Origin: Salinispira sp.
GTDB lineage: Bacteria; Spirochaetota; Spirochaetia; DSM-27196; Salinispiraceae
NCBI GenBank assembly: GCA_965602015.1
Contig: OZ271918.1
Coordinates: forward strand, 544,001-608,000
Direction: 5' to 3'
DNA: 64,000 nt
This document shows, piece after piece, positions 57,603 to 64,000 of this stretch. The notes under the pieces are model-generated. The model did not search any database. It was not told the DNA's origin and worked only from the letters and a program-made list of their open reading frames with translations. The stretch's first letter is position 1, and each line of letters starts with the position of its first letter. Both the position numbers and the translations under genes were made by a program.

Positions 57603-57641
57603 TTGACTATGCATGTAGTCAATGCGACTATGTATGTAGTC
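57603..57641. promoter_or_regulatory. Tandem BlaI/CopY-type operators
   Basis: ttGACTA-tgcatg-TAGTCaa and GACTA-tgtatg-TAGTC, 21 bp apart, directly upstream of the repressor gene. Confidence 0.8.
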
Positions 57642-57661
57642 ATTTTTTGAGGGAGGGTTGC

Positions 57662-58075
57662 ATGTCAGGTAAATCCGATAATAGAAACCGTGAGAGCCTG
57701 GGCGAACGGGAGCTGGAAATTTTAAAAATCATCTGGAGCCACCCGGAGTTGGGGGTTCGGGACATTCACCGACTCGTAGAGCAGGGGGGGAGTGCTTTGG
57801 CCCGAACGACGGTTCTTACCCTTATTCAGCGGCTAGAATCTAAAGGTTTCATCGAAAGGATTGATGGAGAACAGCCTGCACGATACCGGGCCCTTGAAAA
57901 ACGCGAATCCGTGCTGTCGCGGCTTTCAAAGTCCTTTGTCCACAAGATACTCGACGGCTCCCTGAAGCCGCTGATGCAGAGTTTTCTCTCCGATCAACCG
58001 AGCGAAGAGGAACTTGATGCTCTGCAAGCTCTCATCGATGAGCATCGCGAGGTCAAGAGGGGCGATGATAAATGA
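57662..58075 (+). CDS. BlaI/MecI/CopY-family repressor
   Basis: LGERELEILKIIW, LARTTVLTLIQRLESKGFI and ILDGSLKPLM. Confidence 0.93.
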   Translation: MSGKSDNRNRESLGERELEILKIIWSHPELGVRDIHRLVEQGGSALARTTVLTLIQRLESKGFIERIDGEQPARYRALEKRESVLSRLSKSFVHKILDGSLKPLMQSFLSDQPSEEELDALQALIDEHREVKRGDDK

Positions 58076-61000
58076 GTGTTGTACAACAGCTTGGCGTCAC
58101 GGTTTTACATAGCCTATGGCAGGGGTTCTTTGTGTATCTCATTTCCCGAATGCCTGCATTAAAATCATTGGTTGAATCGTCCAGAATACGGCTGATCTTT
58201 GCGCTTATCATCTTTCAGGTGGCTTTGAGCATTGCAACCTTCGGAATAGTTTCCGTATCTCATTTTAACTCGTCTTTCGGTCTGCAAGAGGCAGATCTCT
58301 CAGCGTCTGGCGGGGATCAGATGGAAGGTACCCGCGATTCCCTATCTGATCAGAATCCCGGAGATCTGGTTTTAGGAAATGGCGAAACGTCAGTCGCTGT
58401 TGCGATCGATGAGGGCGGCAGGTTTGCTGGTCTGTGGTCTATTGCAATGAGGTTTGTCGGAATGATGTGGTTTCCCGGAGTGCTGACAAGCATCTTCTTC
58501 TCTCTCTTCCGCCTTTCGGGGACCAAGCGACTGGGTCAACAGCTAACGCCAATTGATCAGCCGGATATCCGGCGGATAAATCAATGCTGTGCCAGTACGC
58601 TTGGTATACCAATATCGGGGCTGTATCATCATAAAAGAATTATGAGCCCCGTGGTTTTAGGATTGCTTCGCTTTAGCATCATTCTGCCGGTGGCCATGGT
58701 CAATTCACAGGATGAGAATTTAATTCGGGCGGTGCTTCTGCACGAATACCAGCACATTTTCTTTCAAGACGGGCTCTGGCAATACCTGGCTGAAATCCTC
58801 GGGGCGCTCTACTTTTTCCACCCCGCCATACGGGAAATGATACGGGAAATGCAGGTTCTTCGAGAAATGAGGGCTGATGACGGTGCCGCAAAGGTGCTCG
58901 GCGATCCCGTCGCATACAGCCAGCTGTTGGTTGACTGGGGCCGAGGAGCCCTTCCCGCCACCATCAAAACCGGCTTAAGCGCGTTTTCTGGTTCTACCGG
59001 GGATCTGCGAAGTCGCATACAGCGGCTTCTTGGTTTCAAGGTTCAGCCACAGCGCAGAAGTCTTTCTCTGGTTGCGCCACTACTTTTGGCTTCGGTGATT
59101 CTTGCGCTGATTTTTGCCGGTGGAATAGGGGCTAGCCGGGGAATAAGCGCCCTTCAACATCAGCAAAACTTGTCGGAGCTGGCAGAAATATCCCAAAAGC
59201 TGGGTACCGGAATAGATGCAGTCCGGGAAATGCCCTACCGGATAGAAGTGCAATACCAAGGCGATTTGGAAGAAAGAGAGCCTCCCCAGCTTCACATCGT
59301 CTATGGTTCAGACCTGATGAGCGCTTCTTCATCCGAAAAAGGAAGAAAACAGGGCGATGTGATTATCTACGAAGGCAGCGTTAATGCTTCCTACATAAAC
59401 TTTTCATTTCAGGACCTGAGATGGGCTCCGTGGTTTTCTCAGCGTATTGCAGAAGTTCCGGAGAGCGGTCGTATCGAGATGTCGGTAAATCTCCTCAAAA
59501 CCGAACCGACCCGCATCGCATTCATTTCCGAATCGGGTTCTCCGGTTGACCTGCCCAGCCTGGTATTTATGTTCGAACCAGTTAATAGTCAAGTATCTGC
59601 TTTTCCCCATATCCCCGTCGATCTACAAGATGATGGAAGTGTTGTGGTTTATACCGATCCGCTCCAGCCATATGCCCTCACGTTTTTAGCCCGTGCTCCT
59701 GGTTATGCAGATATTGAAGAAACAGTAAATCCGGATGGAGAAATGGTTTTTACCTTACACGCAGTGGTCGCCAGTCGCTTTCGCGTTCTTGATTTGAACG
59801 GAAGGCCGATGAGAAACCATGGTTTTTCAGTCATTCCCGGGTATTTTGATGAGATTTCCCATGACCCGCCCGAACAGATTTACAGTGATGAAGCGGGATA
59901 TATTGAGCTGATTCTTTCTCCCCGATACCGTTCAACTGTTCTGTCCTATGGGGGGCCGGAGTTTACCGCTTATGCGGTCATCGACCACGATACCCCTGCC
60001 CGCCGAATTCGATTCGAGGACCAGAGGTTTTCAGGTGCCATTACCGGGGTAATGGGTGACCAGGTCCATATCTCATTTCGCTTTAATATAGACACCCAGT
60101 ACAGCAGTACCAGGCAGGATGAGATAGGCGTTGATATAGAAGCAGGCAAGGCTGAGTTTTCTCTTCCCCTCGAGTGGCCGGTGACCGGCTTCGACGTCCA
60201 TCGCCAGGGGCAGTTTCTCTATGCTGCCGATTGGGACATCCGTAACGACGAACCTGTTGAAATTAGCTTGCAGGAATGGCAACCCGGTCAAGCAGCTGAT
60301 GCTTTGAGCTCCAGGGAAATAGAGTTGGCTTTTCGAACGCCGGAGGGACTTCCTCCGGTAAATGGGAATATTTCCCTGGAGATGCTGGGAGCCTCAAGAT
60401 TCGATGATTACGGGTATGAAAATCATTTTGGTTTTGTCTATGCAGATGTGGTAAATGGACGAGCTGTCATACATCTGCTCAGCAACATTGAGCAGGTAAA
60501 AATCGATAGCTTTGAGGTTTCGGGTTACTACTTCGATTCTTCGCCGATTCCTGTGCCTGCTGAGGCCGGACAGGTTGCCATCTCGTTGCACCCCGCCGCT
60601 TCGGTATCTGGGAGTGTTAGATTCAGCAATGGCTCGGCTCCCAGGAATGCGCATATTGTGCTGCGGGATGAAGATGATAGTATAGTTGACCAGGTAAACT
60701 CGCGAAACGGAAACTATCAATTCTCCAGCTTGACTCCTGGTAAGCGCTATAGCATTTCGGCAAGCGCGGGAATGTCCGGGGATTCTATCCGCAGGTTTAG
60801 AGCTTCAGGTGACGGATCACCAATTTTTGCGGACCTGAGGATTTCCCGTGGAAAGGATATCGTCATCAACCTGATCGATGACGTGGGCAATCATATACCT
60901 GGGGCGACGCCTGAAATTCGCTATGAGCATCGAAATCGAGACGCCAGCGGCCTGGTCAGTGTTTCTGAGTTTCCCTACACTGTGTATAATTTTGATCCCC

Positions 61001-61140
61001 GAGAATTCTCCCATATGATGTTGTTATTCGGGCATGAAGGACGGGCTTTTCAAATTGACCTGCTAGAAAAACTGCGCCGCAGCGATGGTGCGCTGCAGCT
61101 CCTAGTCTCCGAAGCCGAGCCCCGTGAACCGGAAGACTGA
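58072..61140 (+). CDS. M56 (BlaR1-like) membrane metallopeptidase with a large beta-rich extracytoplasmic region
   Basis: HSLWQG, VLLHEYQH, YFFHP, REMRADD and LRSRIQRLL; C-terminal carboxypeptidase-regulatory-like segment. Confidence 0.9.
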   Translation: MSVVQQLGVTVLHSLWQGFFVYLISRMPALKSLVESSRIRLIFALIIFQVALSIATFGIVSVSHFNSSFGLQEADLSASGGDQMEGTRDSLSDQNPGDLVLGNGETSVAVAIDEGGRFAGLWSIAMRFVGMMWFPGVLTSIFFSLFRLSGTKRLGQQLTPIDQPDIRRINQCCASTLGIPISGLYHHKRIMSPVVLGLLRFSIILPVAMVNSQDENLIRAVLLHEYQHIFFQDGLWQYLAEILGALYFFHPAIREMIREMQVLREMRADDGAAKVLGDPVAYSQLLVDWGRGALPATIKTGLSAFSGSTGDLRSRIQRLLGFKVQPQRRSLSLVAPLLLASVILALIFAGGIGASRGISALQHQQNLSELAEISQKLGTGIDAVREMPYRIEVQYQGDLEEREPPQLHIVYGSDLMSASSSEKGRKQGDVIIYEGSVNASYINFSFQDLRWAPWFSQRIAEVPESGRIEMSVNLLKTEPTRIAFISESGSPVDLPSLVFMFEPVNSQVSAFPHIPVDLQDDGSVVVYTDPLQPYALTFLARAPGYADIEETVNPDGEMVFTLHAVVASRFRVLDLNGRPMRNHGFSVIPGYFDEISHDPPEQIYSDEAGYIELILSPRYRSTVLSYGGPEFTAYAVIDHDTPARRIRFEDQRFSGAITGVMGDQVHISFRFNIDTQYSSTRQDEIGVDIEAGKAEFSLPLEWPVTGFDVHRQGQFLYAADWDIRNDEPVEISLQEWQPGQAADALSSREIELAFRTPEGLPPVNGNISLEMLGASRFDDYGYENHFGFVYADVVNGRAVIHLLSNIEQVKIDSFEVSGYYFDSSPIPVPAEAGQVAISLHPAASVSGSVRFSNGSAPRNAHIVLRDEDDSIVDQVNSRNGNYQFSSLTPGKRYSISASAGMSGDSIRRFRASGDGSPIFADLRISRGKDIVINLIDDVGNHIPGATPEIRYEHRNRDASGLVSVSEFPYTVYNFDPREFSHMMLLFGHEGRAFQIDLLEKLRRSDGALQLLVSEAEPREPED

Positions 61141-61236
61141 CAGCGATGACAACGGCATTAATCGAAAATCTCGATTTCACTTGCCTGGCCAACGATTCTT
61201 TGCGATTTTTTCACTCACAATACAAAGGAGTGTATT

Positions 61237-62064
61237 ATGAATCGTATTCTTAGCGTCACCATTGTTCTGCTTATCGCCGCAGGGGCTATTTTCGCCGCAC
61301 CGGCTGCAGAGCAGGAGACTGATGTTTTGCGGGTTGGAATGGACCTGCGCTATCCGCCGTTTGAAACCCGTGATGACGATGGAAATCCAGTTGGAATCAG
61401 CGTCGATGTTGCAACCGCTTTTGCCGAATCGTTGGGCCGACCGGTTGAAATTGTCGACACGAACTTCGGCTCCCTGATCCCCGCCCTGAATGCCGGAGAC
61501 ATCGACATCATTATCGCGTCCATGAGCCGCACCGACGAACGGGACGAAGCCATCGACTTTTCCGACACCTATTTCTATTTCAAGATAATCAGTCTGGTAA
61601 ATGCCGACTTTGCCGAAGCAAACGGCATAACCGAAGATTCACCCAAAGAGTCGCTGTCGGGTAACGACGCGACCCGCTTCACCGGAATAACCGGACAGGT
61701 ATCAGCGAGCATTCCCCAGTCTCTCGGCTTCGATGTGGAAATTGCCACCAACCTCGAGGCTGCGGTATTAAACGTTGTACAGGGCAGTTCTGATGTGCTG
61801 ATGATGAGCGCATTCCCGGTGACCCGCGGAAAGCGCGCCAATCCCGATGATACCATCGTAATCTGGGATCCCTTCGTTTCAAGCCCTATTGCCATGGGTG
61901 TTCGGGACGGTGATGTGGAGCTTCAGATGGCGGCAAACGAGTTTATCGCCACCATGTCCGAACCCGGCGGCCTGTACGAGCAGCTTGCCTCTGATTGGGA
62001 CGACACCATGCGCGAACTTCTCGGAGGGCGCTTCGGCCTCGAGTTTTTCATCAACGAGAACTAG
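61237..62064 (+). CDS. Polar amino-acid ABC substrate-binding protein
   Basis: LRVGMDLRYPPFE, LIPALNAGDID and SMSRTDER..IDFS. Confidence 0.92.
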   Translation: MNRILSVTIVLLIAAGAIFAAPAAEQETDVLRVGMDLRYPPFETRDDDGNPVGISVDVATAFAESLGRPVEIVDTNFGSLIPALNAGDIDIIIASMSRTDERDEAIDFSDTYFYFKIISLVNADFAEANGITEDSPKESLSGNDATRFTGITGQVSASIPQSLGFDVEIATNLEAAVLNVVQGSSDVLMMSAFPVTRGKRANPDDTIVIWDPFVSSPIAMGVRDGDVELQMAANEFIATMSEPGGLYEQLASDWDDTMRELLGGRFGLEFFINEN

Positions 62065-62075
62065 AAGTACTCTCA

Positions 62076-62858
62076 ATGGCTATTACACCGGGCACCGAGC
62101 TCGAAACCAGCAAGTCCCGCCGCTTCGTCGGCGGGCTTGCTTTTCAGTATGGCATGGCCCTGGCGACATTCATCGCCCTGGCTTTATTCGTCGTTCTCCG
62201 CCAGACCCGACCCTTCGATCTGACCGCCGTGCTTCCTTATCAGGATGAAATATTACGGGGCTTTGGCCGCACAGTGTGGGTTTCATTCATTTCACTTGTC
62301 GGATCCACAACCCTGGGGTTTCTTTTCTATCTGCTTTCGGTGTCGAAGGTCCGATACTTTCGGGCTTTCACCGATGTATTCACCGAAATCATTTACGGCA
62401 CCCCGCTCCTCGTCATGATTATGATTATGGCCTTCGTAATCGGCCCTGCCTTCGGCTCGACAAACCGTTCCGCTATGGGAATCATGGGGCTGATAATCTA
62501 TATCACTCCGTACATGACGAACATCTACAAATCGGCAATTTCGAGCATTGGACGCGAACAGTATATGGCGATGGATCTCTTTGGGTTCACCCCCTATCAG
62601 CGCTACCGCTTCATCATCATTCCCCAGGTGGTGCGTATTCTCATGCCCCCTCTGATGAACAATTTCTCGCTGATTATAAAGGGGAGCGCGCTGTTGAACG
62701 TCCTTTCCTACCGGGAGCTCTTCTACGAAGTACAGCTTATGACCAACAATAATTTTCGATTTGTGGAAGGTTTTCTGCTGATGTGGTTCCTTTACCTCAT
62801 GATTACCATCCCGCTGTCACAGCTGACGAAATGGATAGATAGGAGGTGGGGCCTGTGA
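62076..62858 (+). CDS. Polar amino-acid ABC permease
   Basis: GTPLLV, IIIPQVVR..PPLMN and IKGSALL. Confidence 0.9.
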   Translation: MAITPGTELETSKSRRFVGGLAFQYGMALATFIALALFVVLRQTRPFDLTAVLPYQDEILRGFGRTVWVSFISLVGSTTLGFLFYLLSVSKVRYFRAFTDVFTEIIYGTPLLVMIMIMAFVIGPAFGSTNRSAMGIMGLIIYITPYMTNIYKSAISSIGREQYMAMDLFGFTPYQRYRFIIIPQVVRILMPPLMNNFSLIIKGSALLNVLSYRELFYEVQLMTNNNFRFVEGFLLMWFLYLMITIPLSQLTKWIDRRWGL

Positions 62859-63559
62859 AACTCGAATTAGAAAAACTCTATCATCGCTATGACGTCGATG
62901 TGCTCAAAGAAATCAGCCTCGAGTTAGAGGGATATAAATCCATCGCAATCATCGGGGTTTCCGGCAGCGGAAAGTCGACCCTTCTGCGGATTCTATCGGG
63001 TCTCGAAAAGGCGACCGACGGAGACGTCCGGGTCAACGGGCATGATGTGGCCGCCGACGAATACCGGAAGAACATTGGCTTCGTTTTTCAGAGCCATAAT
63101 CTGTTTCCCCACCTGACGCTCGAGAAAAACATCACTCTGGTTCTCGAAAAAACCCGCGGCTTTACCCATGAGGATGCCCACGAGCAGGCCCACAAATACC
63201 TTGAAACCCTTCATCTGTCGGACCAGGCTCACAAGCTTCCCAGGAACGTGAGCGGCGGACAGGCACAGCGGGCATCGCTGGCAAGGGCCCTGTCGGTTGA
63301 GCCTGAGGTGATTTTTCTCGATGAACCGACATCATCCCTCGACCCGGTGCTCACCTATGAGGTTCTCAATGCCATCAAGGAACTTCGGGAGCTGGGTATG
63401 GAGTTTGTTTTGGTGTCCCATGTCATGACGTTTGTTCAGGATTTCGCTGATTACGTGCTGTTTATGAAGGATGGAGTCATTGCCGAACATGGAACGCCGG
63501 ACATACTGAAGGATCCAAAGACCGAGGCCCTGGCTGATTTTATGGCGAAAGTTCCCTAA
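62855..63559 (+). CDS. Polar amino-acid ABC ATPase
   Basis: GVSGSGKST, FQSHNLFPH, SGGQAQR and DEPTSSLDP; GTGA overlap start. Confidence 0.92.
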   Translation: MKLELEKLYHRYDVDVLKEISLELEGYKSIAIIGVSGSGKSTLLRILSGLEKATDGDVRVNGHDVAADEYRKNIGFVFQSHNLFPHLTLEKNITLVLEKTRGFTHEDAHEQAHKYLETLHLSDQAHKLPRNVSGGQAQRASLARALSVEPEVIFLDEPTSSLDPVLTYEVLNAIKELRELGMEFVLVSHVMTFVQDFADYVLFMKDGVIAEHGTPDILKDPKTEALADFMAKVP

Positions 63560-63604
63560 CCGGGCTACACTTACTAACCTAAAGTTCAGCTCATCAGGAA
63601 TACA

Positions 63605-64000
63605 ATGCTGTTTTTTGAGCAGGTACGCTTTCGCCAGTCCCGCAAAATACACGCGCTCACGAACAAGGTCAAATCCTTTGCCTCGAGCAGGCTTGAACCG
63701 GCAGATGATGTCATATCCTGTCTTCTAAGCGGTAGTTTGGCCCGGGGAGACTACTGGCCCGGAAGTTTCGGCGGAGCTGTGGACCTGATTATCTTTGTTC
63801 GAGATGTCACGGTCTTTGCCGCCGAACAATACCTCGGCCCTGATCTTGAAGAGCATATTCCCGGTCACTTCGCTTCTATTGATGGTGAGTACTATCAGAT
63901 AAAGATTTATGACCGGGAATACCTCGATAGCTTCGCAAAGCAGGATGAAGCGGAAAAATATGCGTTTTTCGAGTCCGTCATGCTTTTTGACAAGAGCGCA
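63605..64000 (+). CDS. Putative nucleotidyltransferase-fold protein, 3'-truncated by the window edge (absent from the ORF track)
   Basis: Frame open for 132 codons from ATG 63605: MLFFEQVRF...CLLSGSLARGDYWPGSFGGAVDLIIFV. Confidence 0.7.
   Translation, partial: MLFFEQVRFRQSRKIHALTNKVKSFASSRLEPADDVISCLLSGSLARGDYWPGSFGGAVDLIIFVRDVTVFAAEQYLGPDLEEHIPGHFASIDGEYYQIKIYDREYLDSFAKQDEAEKYAFFESVMLFDKSA

Overview
Chromosomal window from a GC-rich bacterium. The gene set (stand-alone rpsD, spirochaete-type CheY, long RarA) suggests a free-living spirochaete; this is inference. It holds about 45 CDS and 6 tRNA genes. Housekeeping genes include sdaA, pepF, rdgB, tig-clpP-clpX-lon, rarA, msrB, a DEAD-box helicase, rpsD, ackA and a class II photolyase. 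There are three ABC transport loci (sugar, peptide, polar amino acid) and a sigma54-type promoter ahead of two hsp20 genes. An accessory-looking block at ~49.7-61.1 kb carries a GT4/GT1 glycosyltransferase operon, an ECF sigma factor with a matching promoter motif, and a BlaI/M56 pair. No integrase, transposase or cas gene was seen. The most notable non-coding signal is a tRNA-Leu-linked repeat array (2809-3266). It has three copies of the tRNA 3' end, each with a bidirectional terminator. They are separated by two exactly 102-bp spacers that are only ~63% identical but show compensatory base-pair changes and GGA-loop hairpins resembling CsrA-binding sites. A second notable signal is a 41-bp direct repeat flanking the blaI-M56 module, whose differences are all synonymous. 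All calls come from reading the sequence and recalled protein motifs; no database searches were run.
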